Source of the DNA: an uncultured Acidobacteriota bacterium | GTDB lineage: Bacteria > Acidobacteriota > Thermoanaerobaculia > Gp7-AA8 | Direction of reading: 5' to 3' | Assembly: GCA_963741955.1 (NCBI GenBank) | Contig: CAVUKB010000007.1 | Location: 224,001-288,000 of the forward strand | Length of the DNA: 64,000 nt | Shown: piece by piece, positions 43,313 to 53,086 of the stretch | How the letters are laid out: each line of letters starts with the position of its first letter | How positions within the stretch are numbered: position 1 is the first letter of the stretch | Position numbers and translations under genes: made by a program | The notes under the pieces: generated by a model | What the model saw: the letters and a program-made list of their open reading frames with translations, nothing else | What the model was told of the DNA's origin: nothing | Database searches by the model: none

Positions 43313-43877
43313 TGGCGACCTCCGTCCGGTCCGTGCCGCTGGTCAGAACCTTCTTCAGGGTCTCCATGGCACGGAACACGCGCGTCTTGACCGCTCCCTC
43401 CGAACAACCGGCGATCTCGGCGATCTCTGCATATGAAAGTCCCTGATAGCGCGACAGAAGGATGGCTTCCCGCTGTTCGGGCGTGAGATGTTCCAATGCA
43501 GTTCGGACTCGGCGCTCGTTCTCCATCTGCTCGAAGCGCCGATCGGGGGCGTTGTCGTCAGGACCGGCGATCATGACCAGCGTCTCGTCGCTGTCCTTCG
43601 CCTTGTTGTCGGCCTTCCTCAAATGATCCCGGCAAAGGTTCGCCGTGATCGAAAAGAGCCAGGTCGACAACTTCGCGTCCCCATGAAACTGTTTTGCATG
43701 CTTGAGCATCTTCACGAATACTTCCTGCGTCGCGTCTTCTGCAGCTTCGCTGCTCTTCAGAAAGCGATACGCGAAGTTGTAGATCCGGGTGCTGTAGCGG
43801 TCGAATATCTCTGCAGCCGGAGAGAAGTCCCCCGCCTGAACGAGCTTCATCAGATCCTGATCGCTCAGGTGCTTCAT
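43299..43877 (-). CDS. ECF RNA polymerase sigma factor
   Basis: AEDATQEVF, STWLFSI, GLSYAEIA and AVKTRVFRA motifs. Confidence 0.93.
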   Translation of the reverse strand: MKHLSDQDLMKLVQAGDFSPAAEIFDRYSTRIYNFAYRFLKSSEAAEDATQEVFVKMLKHAKQFHGDAKLSTWLFSITANLCRDHLRKADNKAKDSDETLVMIAGPDDNAPDRRFEQMENERRVRTALEHLTPEQREAILLSRYQGLSYAEIAEIAGCSEGAVKTRVFRAMETLKKVLTSGTDRTEVANAGM

Positions 43878-43896
43878 CTCCGACTGTTCTCTCCCT

Positions 43897-43925
43897 TTCG
43901 ACGGCTGCATGAAAAAAAAGGTTTC
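43897..43925 (-). promoter_or_regulatory. Putative autoregulatory ECF promoter
   Basis: GAAAC-N17-CGTCGAA directly upstream of the ECF sigma gene. Confidence 0.6.
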
Positions 43926-43987
43926 GACGTGCTGGACGTGGTCCGGACGGTGACGCGAACCCTCTCGGCGGACACTGCCGGAGGGAC

Positions 43988-45232
43988 TTACAGGACCGAG
44001 AACAAAGGATTTGCCGATTCGATTCGCGCCTCCTCCGGCCCATCTCGCCGGAGAAGGATCTCACTTCCCTGGAAGCCCATTCCGACGATGGCGAAAGCGA
44101 ACAGATCGAGCATGTTGAGCATCACCTCGGTGTCGCCGAAGTTGAACTCGAAGAATCCTGCCACGAAAAGCGCGATCGCGAACGCCAGCCCCGCATCGGC
44201 CACCCATTGCGAGGACGGTGGTCCGGTACGCCCCTTCCAGCAGATCGAGAGGAACATCGCGACCAGGGCGAGGTAACCCGCGAGGGCCACGATTCCCCGC
44301 TCCGCCCAGATTTGAATCACATTGTCGTGAAGATGCGGTACCCGGAACCGGGGAGCGTCCGGCTTCCGGTACAGGGGGTAAACCTCTTTCACATTCGAGG
44401 GCCCGACTCCGAACAGAGGGTGGTCCCGGATCATTTCAATCCCCGCCTGGGCCATCCGGATCCGATCGAGGTTCGAGTACTGGCGCGTGTCGAACACCGA
44501 GATCAGCCTCCCGAAGAAGGGGAGGGGGCTGAACGTCACCGCCACGATCACCACCGGAGCGAGATAGAAGAGCCATTTCCGCCAGCGGAGGATCAGCAGT
44601 ATCCCGAACCCTGCCGCCCACCCCAGCCACGCTCCGCGGGTGAAGGTGAGCACGAGCGCGAGACCTCCAATGGCCGCGGCGGCGGCCGACCAGGGCCGGC
44701 GCCGGTAAATGAAATGCACCAGCAGCAGCAGCGTGAGCGGGAGGAGAATCCCGGAGAACGTCATCACGTGGGCGGTCGGACCGGTGATCCGTTTCTCGAG
44801 GCCGTGGTACCCGAGGACGAAGTACTGCAGCTCTCCGTAGAGCGAGAGGAAGAGGGTCAGGACGAAGAAGGTGCGAAAAACCACCCGCCGGAATTGCGGG
44901 ATCGCGACGTACAACGAGAGCGCGAGGGGAAAGGTGAGGAAGGTGAACCACTCACCGACCCGGAACGTCTCCCGCAAAGGATGAGGAGCAGTCCAGGCAG
45001 AGAGAAACGAGCCGACGAGAAAAAGGGCCAGGGGAAGGTAGAGCGGGTGATACGGGATCTTCAGCTCGCCGCGCCAGACACCGAATCCGGCCGACAGTAC
45101 CGCGAGGGCGAGAAACGACTCGGAGCTCGCGATCCATCCCTGGCAGAGGAGATGAGCGAGGTAGAAGAGCGCTGCGAACTGCAGCGGCTTCGGGATGTCC
45201 GACGGTAAGCCAAGACGACGGGTGATCCACAC
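43988..45232 (-). CDS. O-antigen ligase (Wzy_C) family membrane protein
   Basis: Multiple TM segments; TFTRGAW, HPLFGVG and HLHDNVIQIWAERG motifs. Start uncertain. Confidence 0.85.
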   Translation of the reverse strand: MWITRRLGLPSDIPKPLQFAALFYLAHLLCQGWIASSESFLALAVLSAGFGVWRGELKIPYHPLYLPLALFLVGSFLSAWTAPHPLRETFRVGEWFTFLTFPLALSLYVAIPQFRRVVFRTFFVLTLFLSLYGELQYFVLGYHGLEKRITGPTAHVMTFSGILLPLTLLLLVHFIYRRRPWSAAAAAIGGLALVLTFTRGAWLGWAAGFGILLILRWRKWLFYLAPVVIVAVTFSPLPFFGRLISVFDTRQYSNLDRIRMAQAGIEMIRDHPLFGVGPSNVKEVYPLYRKPDAPRFRVPHLHDNVIQIWAERGIVALAGYLALVAMFLSICWKGRTGPPSSQWVADAGLAFAIALFVAGFFEFNFGDTEVMLNMLDLFAFAIVGMGFQGSEILLRRDGPEEARIESANPLFSVL

Positions 45233-45261
45233 GGCAAGCTCGATCCGGTGCGGGGGGGAGG

Positions 45262-45498
45262 TTACGATTCGAACGCTTCTTCGACCAGCATCACCGGAAT
45301 GTCGCTGACGATCGGGTAAATGCGCCCGCACTTGACGCACTGAAGTCCGTTCTCGACCACCGGCTCCTCGTCGCGAAACTTGTCGCGATAGCGGTCGCGG
45401 ACCTCGTTGCGCCGCTCGTCGGGGAGGGCGATCATCCGCACTTCTTCTTTACAGAGAGGGCAGGCGAGAATCTCGAGCAGTTCGGCATCCACGGCCAT
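45262..45498 (-). CDS. Trm112/YcaR-like Zn-finger protein
   Basis: LLEILACPLCK..CVKCGRIYPIVSDIPVML. Confidence 0.85.
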   Translation of the reverse strand: MAVDAELLEILACPLCKEEVRMIALPDERRNEVRDRYRDKFRDEEPVVENGLQCVKCGRIYPIVSDIPVMLVEEAFES

Positions 45499-45601
45499 GG
45501 CGCGTAGTGTAGCATGACGCACGAAGCGCCGTGGCGGGCGATCGGAGTCGATGGACAGCCGGGTCCGCCGTTGACGGTCGCCGGCTGCTGCATCTTTCGC
45601 C

Positions 45602-46669
45602 ATGAAAGTTCTGCACCTCGCCTCGTCCAACCGCTGGACCGGAGCGGCAGCTCCCGCTCTCGCTGAGACGGAAGCGCTCCGTCTCGCGGGAATCGACGCC
45701 CATTACGGTTACATCGGGGGATACAAACTCGAGAGCCGGATCGGCGGGCACGAGTGGACACATCCGATCCTCTCGCGCAAACAGAATCCGGCTTCGCTCA
45801 TCGCGGACGTCCGGCGTCTCCGATCGATGATGCGCGACGGCTCGTTCGATGTGGTGCACGCGCATCTGAGCTGGGATCACGTCGTCGCGAGGATCGCGCT
45901 CCGCGGAACCGCGGCCCGTCTGGTCCGGACGTTCCACGCCCGAAGGACGCTCCGCTCCGATCCGCTGAACCGTCTGATGCTGCGGAGAACCGACGCCTTC
46001 TGCGTGGTGAACGAGGAGTTCGTGAAGCTCCCTCTGTTCGCCCGGCGGCCGGTGGTCTTCACCCCGCCTCCGGTCGATCGACGGACGTTTTCTCCCGCCG
46101 GTCCCGACGCCCGCGCATCATACGGCATCGGGCCGGAAGATCCGCTGATCGGAATCATCGGAAAGGTCGCGCCGGGACGAGGCTTCGAAGACGCCCTTCA
46201 GGCTCTGGTGCGGGTTCGCGAGGTGGAAAACCTGCGGCTCCTCGTCATCGGCCACGGGGAGCATCGACCGGCCCTCGAGCGGATGGCGGCCGATCTCGCG
46301 GTCTCCTCGCGCGTCATCTGGGCCGGCTATCACGAGACGGATCTGGTCGAACATCTCCGCACGCCGGACCTGATGCTTTTCACCGCTCAGGGATCCGACG
46401 AAGGACATCGAGCGGTGATCGAGTCGATGGCTTGCGGAACGCCGGTTCTCTCCTATCCGATCCCGGGAGTGAACGCGCTGATGGGAGGGATGGCCGAAGA
46501 ACTGATGACGCGGGAGAGCACTCCGGACTCTCTTGCCGCGGCGATCCGGGAGATCTTTCCTCGCCGGGTTCGTGCGCTCAGCGCCCAGGCGGTCGACGTT
46601 GCGAACGCGTTCGACTACGAGGCAGCGGCGCGACGACTGCTCGAGCTGTACGCGCGCTCGGAGGCTTAA
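45602..46669 (+). CDS. Glycosyltransferase family 4
   Basis: MKVLHL, DVVHAH and EGHRAVIESMACGTPV motifs. Confidence 0.88.
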   Translation: MKVLHLASSNRWTGAAAPALAETEALRLAGIDAHYGYIGGYKLESRIGGHEWTHPILSRKQNPASLIADVRRLRSMMRDGSFDVVHAHLSWDHVVARIALRGTAARLVRTFHARRTLRSDPLNRLMLRRTDAFCVVNEEFVKLPLFARRPVVFTPPPVDRRTFSPAGPDARASYGIGPEDPLIGIIGKVAPGRGFEDALQALVRVREVENLRLLVIGHGEHRPALERMAADLAVSSRVIWAGYHETDLVEHLRTPDLMLFTAQGSDEGHRAVIESMACGTPVLSYPIPGVNALMGGMAEELMTRESTPDSLAAAIREIFPRRVRALSAQAVDVANAFDYEAAARRLLELYARSEA

Positions 46670-46708
46670 CCCGAGGGTCGCCCCGGCGCTCTAACCGCTC
46701 CTCGCCGA

Positions 46709-46730
46709 GGAGTGCGGACCCGCCGTCCGC
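46709..46730 (+). repeat. REP-like hairpin
   Basis: GGAGTGCGGACCCGCCGTCCGC. Confidence 0.6.
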
Positions 46731-46786
46731 CGCGAGGATTGGCGAGGGAGGTCGGGCGGTGCTTGACGGGGCAAAGGATTCGAGCG

Positions 46787-47011
46787 TTGTGGCTGAACTT
46801 TCAAGGATCCGGGGTCGAGGCTCGGGCGGCTCGTTTGCCGACGCAGGGATCGTCTTCGCAGCGCAACTCCAAAAGTTTGGTGATCGAATGCGACTCGGGA
46901 GAAAGGCGCGGTTTACCAAACTTCTGGAGCCCGGATTCGCGCGGCGAGCTGCGTGAGCGGATGGATCGCGGCCCGAACGGCGAACCGTGGTCCTTGAAAG
47001 TTCGGCCACGA
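46787..47011 (+). repeat. ~225-bp intergenic element, family A, copy 4
   Basis: Same terminal and internal inverted repeats as copies 1-3. Confidence 0.9.
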
Positions 47012-47106
47012 GGGCGGCACCCGCACTCTCACCGCTCACCGGCCCCTGATGGGATCGCCCGCGAGGTTCCGGGCGGGCGCGGGGCTTGGGGTAGAATCTC
47101 GGCCGC

Positions 47107-48366
47107 ATGAGACTGAACGTCACCAGCGAGACCGGCAAGCTCAAGAGCGTCCTCGTCCATCTCCCGGGGCGGGAGATCGACATCATGGTTCCGTCGATGA
47201 TGGAAGAGCTCCTCTTCGACGACATCCTCTTCGGACAGCACGCCCGCGAAGAGCACCGCCGCTTCCAGCAGATCATCTGGTTCGTGGCCGACGAAGTTCA
47301 CGATCTGCAGGACCTTCTCGAGGAGACGCTCGAAGACGACGAGGTGCGCTCGACCATCCTCGAAGACTTCGGCCGCCGCTTCCGCCTCTCGAGGGAACGC
47401 ACCGAAGGGCTCGCGGAACTCGATGCGTCGCGGCTCGCAGGGACCATGGTCGCCGGAATCCTGGAGGACGAGAGTGACGCCGACAACCCGGAGTTCGCGC
47501 TCGCTCCGGTGCCGAATCTCTTCTTCACCCGCGATCCCCAGATCGTGGTCGGCGACGGAGTGGTGATCTCTTCGATGGCGACCGCCGCACGTTCGCGCGA
47601 GCCGCTGATCTCGCATTACGTCTTCCGCCATCACAAGGCGTTCCGCGGCCGCGATCTCTTCTGGATGGATCCGTTCGACGGGAAACAGACCAGGGGACGC
47701 CGCAGGGCCACCGTGGAAGGAGGAGACGTGCTCGTCCCGCGACGGGACATTCTTCTGGTCGGGATCTCCGAGCGCACCAGCCGCGAAGGGATCGAGGAGC
47801 TCGCGCGATCGCTGAAGCTCTCCGGTGCGGGAGTGCGCTGGCTGATTCTGGTCGAGATTCCGAGCCAGCGTTCCTACATGCACCTCGATACCGTCTTCAC
47901 CATCATCAACCGTGACGAGTGCCTGGTCTACCCGCCGGTGATTCTCTCCGGAGGATCGGAAGAAGCGAACGTCTATCAGGTCGACCTCTCCAAACGCGAG
48001 CTCACCTTCACCGTCCAGAAATCTCTTCTTCACGCCCTCGGCAAGAGAGGAATGGATCTCCGCCCGATTCCGTGCGGAGGGAAACGCGCCATCGACCAGC
48101 AGCGCGAGCAGTGGACCGACGGCGCCAATGCATTCGCGCTCGCGCCGGGAACGATCCTCCTCTACGAGCGGAATCTCAAGACCGCCGAAGAGCTCGACCG
48201 CAACGGCTATCACATCGTTTACGAAGACGACCTTCTCCTCGGACGGACGGAGCTCGAGACGTGGACGGACCGGAAGTACGCGATCCAGATTCAGGGGCAC
48301 GAGCTCTCGCGTGCGCGTGGCGGACCTCGCTGCATGACCATGCCGCTCGAGCGGGAAGATCTCTGA
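47107..48366 (+). CDS. arcA: Arginine deiminase
   Basis: LLFDD, PNLFFTRDP, VEGGD, MHLDTVF and ELSRARGGPRCMTMPL motifs. Confidence 0.95.
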   Translation: MRLNVTSETGKLKSVLVHLPGREIDIMVPSMMEELLFDDILFGQHAREEHRRFQQIIWFVADEVHDLQDLLEETLEDDEVRSTILEDFGRRFRLSRERTEGLAELDASRLAGTMVAGILEDESDADNPEFALAPVPNLFFTRDPQIVVGDGVVISSMATAARSREPLISHYVFRHHKAFRGRDLFWMDPFDGKQTRGRRRATVEGGDVLVPRRDILLVGISERTSREGIEELARSLKLSGAGVRWLILVEIPSQRSYMHLDTVFTIINRDECLVYPPVILSGGSEEANVYQVDLSKRELTFTVQKSLLHALGKRGMDLRPIPCGGKRAIDQQREQWTDGANAFALAPGTILLYERNLKTAEELDRNGYHIVYEDDLLLGRTELETWTDRKYAIQIQGHELSRARGGPRCMTMPLEREDL

Positions 48367-48405
48367 TCCCGCCCGGAACGAACGGAGCCGAACGGATTTC
48401 CAATC

Positions 48406-49419
48406 ATGGCGGAACGAAACGACAGCCGGAAGACTCCGGAAAAGAAGATCGCCGTCGTCGCATTCGGCGGCAACGCGCTCCTGCAGCCGCAGGATCGAGG
48501 GACCCAGGAAGAGCAGATCGCGCGTGCAAAGCAGGCCGCGCGGTGGCTCGCGGAGATCGTGCGCCACGGCTACCACCTGGTGATCGTGCACGGCAACGGC
48601 CCACAGGTCGGCAACATCCTGATCCAGGCCGAAGAGGCATCGACCAAGATCCCTCCACAGTCGCTCGACATCGCAGTCGCTCAGACCGAAGGCTCGATAG
48701 GATTTCTCCTGCAGCAGGCGATGAGAAACCGGCTGGAGCAGATCGGGCATCCCGGTACGGTGGCCACGCTCCTCAGTGAGGTCGAGGTCGATCCGAACGA
48801 CGTCGCGTTCAAGCGCCCGACGAAGCCGGTGGGGCCGTTCTTCACCAAGTACCGCGCGGAGACTCTGGCGCGGGACTTCGGTTGGACCGTACGCGAAGAT
48901 TCCGGCCGCGGGTGGCGGAAGGTGGTCCCCTCACCCCGTCCGCTCGGCATACTCGACGCTCCTGCGATCCGCACGCTGGTGCGCGAGATCGACGTCGTGA
49001 TCGCCGCGGGCGGCGGCGGAATCCCGGTGGTCCGGGGTCGTGACGGCCAGTGGCGCGGGATCGAAGCGGTGATCGACAAGGATTACGCGTCCTCGATTCT
49101 CGCGGCCGATCTCGAGGCAGACCTCTACATCATCCTCACCGGTGTTCCGCAGGTCGCGATCGACTTCGGCAAGCCGACCGAGCGCTCGCTCTCGAGGATG
49201 ACGCTCGAGGAGGCGGAGCGTCATCTCGCCGAGGGTCAGTTCCCTCCAGGATCGATGGGCCCGAAGATCGAGGCCGCGACGGATTTCGTCCGGAGGTCGG
49301 GGAAGGAAGTCCTGATCACCGACATCGACCATCTCCGCGAGGGACTGGAGGGGGGCGCAGGGACGCGCATCGTGCTGGACGGGAAGGCGCCTGCATCTGC
49401 GCCCGTACTCGGACGATAG
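48406..49419 (+). CDS. arcC: Carbamate kinase
   Basis: FGGNAL, HGNGPQVG, PTKPVG, AVIDKD and GSMGPK motifs. Confidence 0.95.
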   Translation: MAERNDSRKTPEKKIAVVAFGGNALLQPQDRGTQEEQIARAKQAARWLAEIVRHGYHLVIVHGNGPQVGNILIQAEEASTKIPPQSLDIAVAQTEGSIGFLLQQAMRNRLEQIGHPGTVATLLSEVEVDPNDVAFKRPTKPVGPFFTKYRAETLARDFGWTVREDSGRGWRKVVPSPRPLGILDAPAIRTLVREIDVVIAAGGGGIPVVRGRDGQWRGIEAVIDKDYASSILAADLEADLYIILTGVPQVAIDFGKPTERSLSRMTLEEAERHLAEGQFPPGSMGPKIEAATDFVRRSGKEVLITDIDHLREGLEGGAGTRIVLDGKAPASAPVLGR

Positions 49420-49588
49420 CGCAGGTGGGTCACGCCGACGCCAGCGATGACCGTCGGATTGCCCGGAACGGCTGGCGTGCAGGCGAGGTGGTCGAAGAGT
49501 CGAACTCCTGATCGACACGAAATCGTAGCGCACTCGGAAGGAACGCCCGGCGCAGGCTGCGTCGAGCGCAACCGCGGATTGGACGGCT

Positions 49589-50032
49589 TCACCGCCAGAA
49601 CTTCCACCAGGGTTTTCGTGCGGTGCTCTCGTTGCGATTCCGCAGAGGCTTTGAACCCGTAACTACGTGTACCGATCCCTCCTCGTCGAGAAAGTACGGA
49701 ACCGCCGGGTCGAACGGCGTCTTCTGAAGCCTCGCGTCGAGCCGCTGGTACTTGGCCGTCGATGGTTCTGAGACGGCCGTCGCTCTCGCGTAACCGCCCA
49801 TCGAGACCGTCGTGACCTGCTCCACGCGGAACTGGGCCTCCTCGAGGGCCGCGATCAGTGCCTGCCGATTTGGTGCGAAACAATTGGTGAAGTCACCATG
49901 CAGGCTGTCGCGAGGATACGCCTGCCAGAGCGGGATGGCTTCGAGCATCGGATTGAGCGCCGCCAGCGACGTCACCGTACCGTCAGGGAGTTGAAGGTAC
50001 TCGTCGATCATCATTGTCCCGACAGCGACCAC
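49589..50032 (-). pseudogene. Probable C-terminal fragment of a class I SAM methyltransferase (CmoB/DUF1698-like)
   Basis: YPRDSLHGDFTNCFAPN..L..AQF resembles the DxTNWWxPN C-terminal half of such enzymes. No SAM-binding N-terminal half is present. Confidence 0.5.
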
Positions 50033-50092
50033 GCGAGAACCAACGGACCCGCGAACACAACCCGAACCACTCTCGAAACGTGTGGGTGAAGA

Positions 50093-53086
50093 TCACAGAT
50101 CGATCGTCTCGTCGCGCGCCACCTCGATCTCCTCGGTCCGGTTCCCCACCCGGATGCTCCAGGTTCCCTCAGAGAGCGGAGGAAGTGCGACCGTCCCGTC
50201 GTCGAGGACCGACAGGGTCACCCCCACATACGCGAGTAGCGCAGCGAGGGAATGACCTTCGCGCGAGAGAAGCACGCGCCGGCCCGGCTCCGTCTCGTCG
50301 CACCGAATCCGGAGTGAGTGCGTGGGACCCGCGGCCAGCGTCGCACGCGTAGTCGCAGCTCCGGTGGTCACGTTCGGACCGGCGATGATTCCGCCGTGCC
50401 GGTCGACGGCGAAGAGCGCGTAGGTCCCGGGCGGCAGCCCCTCGAACGTTGCATCCGGAGCGTTCCGCGCGATGCGCACGAGCCCCGAGGCCTTTGTGAC
50501 GACCACGGCCTCGATGGGCGCGGCTTCCGGATCCGCATCGATGTGCACCACGAGGCGCGCCACAGGGGCCGGGACGAGGATGAGGTTCAGCACGTCGGGC
50601 GGAGTCGAGTCGACATCGACCGTCTGCAGGCCCGATGCTCCTTTCGCCGCGGCATCGACGGTCCAGCGACCTGGGGGGACCTGCGGGACGAGGAATGCGC
50701 CATCATCCGTGGCGAATGTCGTCCGTCGCACATGGCCGCTCGCGTCGATCAACCGCACGTAAGCACCGGCGGCGGGCAATCCGTCCGCGGTCACCGCGCG
50801 CCCCGAGAGTGGGACACCGTCGAAGTGCAGCGGAAGCTCGAGCGTCGTCGCATCGGGCCCCAGCTCGACGCTCTCGTGATACCAGGCGGAGTTGTCCGGC
50901 GGCGTCCAGATCACCTCGTACTCGCCGGGGTCGAGCCGCGCTTTCCCGTCGAACGTGCCGTAGGATCCGACGCTGAAGGAGGCTTTTCCGACGATGTCGG
51001 TGACCGGCCGCTGCCGTGCATCGACGCCCGCTCCGATGTAGCGGAAAAAGATGGTCGGAGGCGTGAAGTCATCGCGTCCCGCGCGCTTCAGCACCACTCC
51101 GCCGCCACCGGCGGGAAGACCCCGCAACACGATCGCGCCGTGCACCGCGACCATTCGGATCTCGAGATCCTCGCGCGTCCGTTCGTCATTGCGAACGAGG
51201 ACACCGCGGCTGCCGAGGACTTCGTGACCGTGGAGCGCGAGAAGATGGTAGGGCCCGGGTGCGACGCGGTCGAACTGATACTGCCCCTGGCCGTCCGCAA
51301 TGGCCGTGAGTGCCATACACGGACTGAAGACGGGCCCGAAACGCAGCTCCACGTTCGCATGCGCGACCGGAGAGCCGGTGGAGTCGCGAACGGTTCCGGC
51401 GAGTGAGCCGGTCTCGCCCAGTGAGATGACGCCGGCATCGCGGAACGAATCTTCGTCGATACGCCCGAGGGAAACGGGAACCGTTCCGACGGCGGGATGG
51501 CTCACCGTCGCGCAGAGGAGACCTCCCTCGAGCCCCGAAAGGGTGAACTTTCCCGCGGCATCCGTCGTGGTGTCGATTGCATCGCCGAAGAGGCGCGCGG
51601 CGAGCGTTCCCATCGGACCGCGCGGCACCGTCTCGATCCGAGCGCCGGCGAGCGGCTTCCCGCTGCGAAGATCCAGGAGGCTTCCGGTCACCACCGCGCC
51701 GCGACTCAGGAAGAAGGCCCCGAGCTCGGCGGTCCCGTCGGAAGAGAAGGCGGAGGTGGTGATGGGGAGGTATCCCGGAGCAGCGATGCGCAGCTGCATC
51801 CTTCCGGAGCCGAATCCACCTACGACGTATTCGCCGGCGTCGCCGTGAAGATCGCGGTCACTCCAACCGGAGGGAGTCCGGACGCGAACCCGAGCCCTCT
51901 CGACGGCCTCGCCGGTGGATCCATCGAGAAGACGGAGGCGGAAGCCCGACCCGCTGCGGAGTGACACTTCGTACGGGCTCTTCATCTCCGGCCGGACGTA
52001 GATCGTGGCAGGGAGATAGTCGGTCGCGGCGATCTCGAGCTGCGGCTGCTGGCGAAAATCGACTCCGGGGATCGTCACCCGACCCGAGCCGTCGGTCAAG
52101 AGCCGTTCGCCATTCTCGAGGGTCACGGTCGCTTGTTCGAGCGGACCGTGATCGCCGCGAACGACGACGACAAATGGCACTCCGGGCCGGAGCCGCACCT
52201 CTCCGGCGTCTTTCCGGCTCCCGGCCAGGAGCCGGAGCGAGCGGGTGGCAAAGCCATCGGCGGCGAACTCCACTACGTGCTCGCCAGCCGGGAGAGAGGT
52301 CAGCGCGATGACTCCGTCATCGTCTCCCGTCCAGTCGAGGCGGCGGACGTCGCCCGGAGCGGAACTGATGGGAAGGAACGCGTGCGCTCGTACGTGTGGA
52401 ACCGGCCGGCCGGCGACGTCGACCAGATGAGCGACGAGCTCGTGTGAGGGCTGCAGCACGAGCTCGCGGTCGTCGCCGGCGAATAGGGTCACTCCGGCGA
52501 CGGCAAATCGAGAATCGACCACTTCCACGCGGATGCCGCTGCGCGGCGTTCCGGGGAACACAACGCGTCCGGAAGCGTCCGTCGTTGCGGCGAGCTCGCG
52601 CGTCGCTGTGCGCGTCCCGAGGAAATACCGGAAGGAAACGGGCTCTTTCGCTCCCGCGAGCCGCAGAGATACCGGCCCACCCGGCCAGAGTGTGAGATCG
52701 TGGATCGAACCAACCTCGACGGAATCTCGCTCGACCACTTCGTGGCCTTTCGCCCAGATGCGCAATCGGAAATGTGGCACGAGCGGCACACGAACGAGGC
52801 CCTTTTCATCCGTCGCGAGATTCGATCGCGTCAGCAGCGGGGTTCCCGTATCGGAAGAGACCCACCACACAAGCGCGCCGCGAATCGGTGCCGCGGTCGC
52901 CGCGGAAAGAATGCGGAGGTGGACCGTTTCCCCGGAATGAGCAATGACAGGTTGAGCACCTTCTGGCTGGACGATACCGTCGTCATTCTGAACCCACCCG
53001 TTCCCGATCGGTTCGACGGCAACCGCGGCGGCCGCCGCCGTGGCCACCAGCATTGCGCCGCCGCAAAGGATGGAAACCCGATTCAT
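50093..53086 (-). CDS. Large secreted protein with multiple carboxypeptidase-regulatory-like (Ig/transthyretin-fold) repeats
   Basis: Signal peptide; repeated G.V.D..G.P...A.V and TD..G.F units. ATGA-coupled to the upstream gene. Confidence 0.8.
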   Translation of the reverse strand: MNRVSILCGGAMLVATAAAAAVAVEPIGNGWVQNDDGIVQPEGAQPVIAHSGETVHLRILSAATAAPIRGALVWWVSSDTGTPLLTRSNLATDEKGLVRVPLVPHFRLRIWAKGHEVVERDSVEVGSIHDLTLWPGGPVSLRLAGAKEPVSFRYFLGTRTATRELAATTDASGRVVFPGTPRSGIRVEVVDSRFAVAGVTLFAGDDRELVLQPSHELVAHLVDVAGRPVPHVRAHAFLPISSAPGDVRRLDWTGDDDGVIALTSLPAGEHVVEFAADGFATRSLRLLAGSRKDAGEVRLRPGVPFVVVVRGDHGPLEQATVTLENGERLLTDGSGRVTIPGVDFRQQPQLEIAATDYLPATIYVRPEMKSPYEVSLRSGSGFRLRLLDGSTGEAVERARVRVRTPSGWSDRDLHGDAGEYVVGGFGSGRMQLRIAAPGYLPITTSAFSSDGTAELGAFFLSRGAVVTGSLLDLRSGKPLAGARIETVPRGPMGTLAARLFGDAIDTTTDAAGKFTLSGLEGGLLCATVSHPAVGTVPVSLGRIDEDSFRDAGVISLGETGSLAGTVRDSTGSPVAHANVELRFGPVFSPCMALTAIADGQGQYQFDRVAPGPYHLLALHGHEVLGSRGVLVRNDERTREDLEIRMVAVHGAIVLRGLPAGGGGVVLKRAGRDDFTPPTIFFRYIGAGVDARQRPVTDIVGKASFSVGSYGTFDGKARLDPGEYEVIWTPPDNSAWYHESVELGPDATTLELPLHFDGVPLSGRAVTADGLPAAGAYVRLIDASGHVRRTTFATDDGAFLVPQVPPGRWTVDAAAKGASGLQTVDVDSTPPDVLNLILVPAPVARLVVHIDADPEAAPIEAVVVTKASGLVRIARNAPDATFEGLPPGTYALFAVDRHGGIIAGPNVTTGAATTRATLAAGPTHSLRIRCDETEPGRRVLLSREGHSLAALLAYVGVTLSVLDDGTVALPPLSEGTWSIRVGNRTEEIEVARDETIDL

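Noticed and set aside
50053-50078. GAAC-N7-GAAC(-N7-GAAA), resembling the Acidobacteria/Alphaproteobacteria LexA box
   Set aside because: An 8-bp-information motif is expected by chance in 64 kb, and it precedes only a gene fragment with no SOS function.
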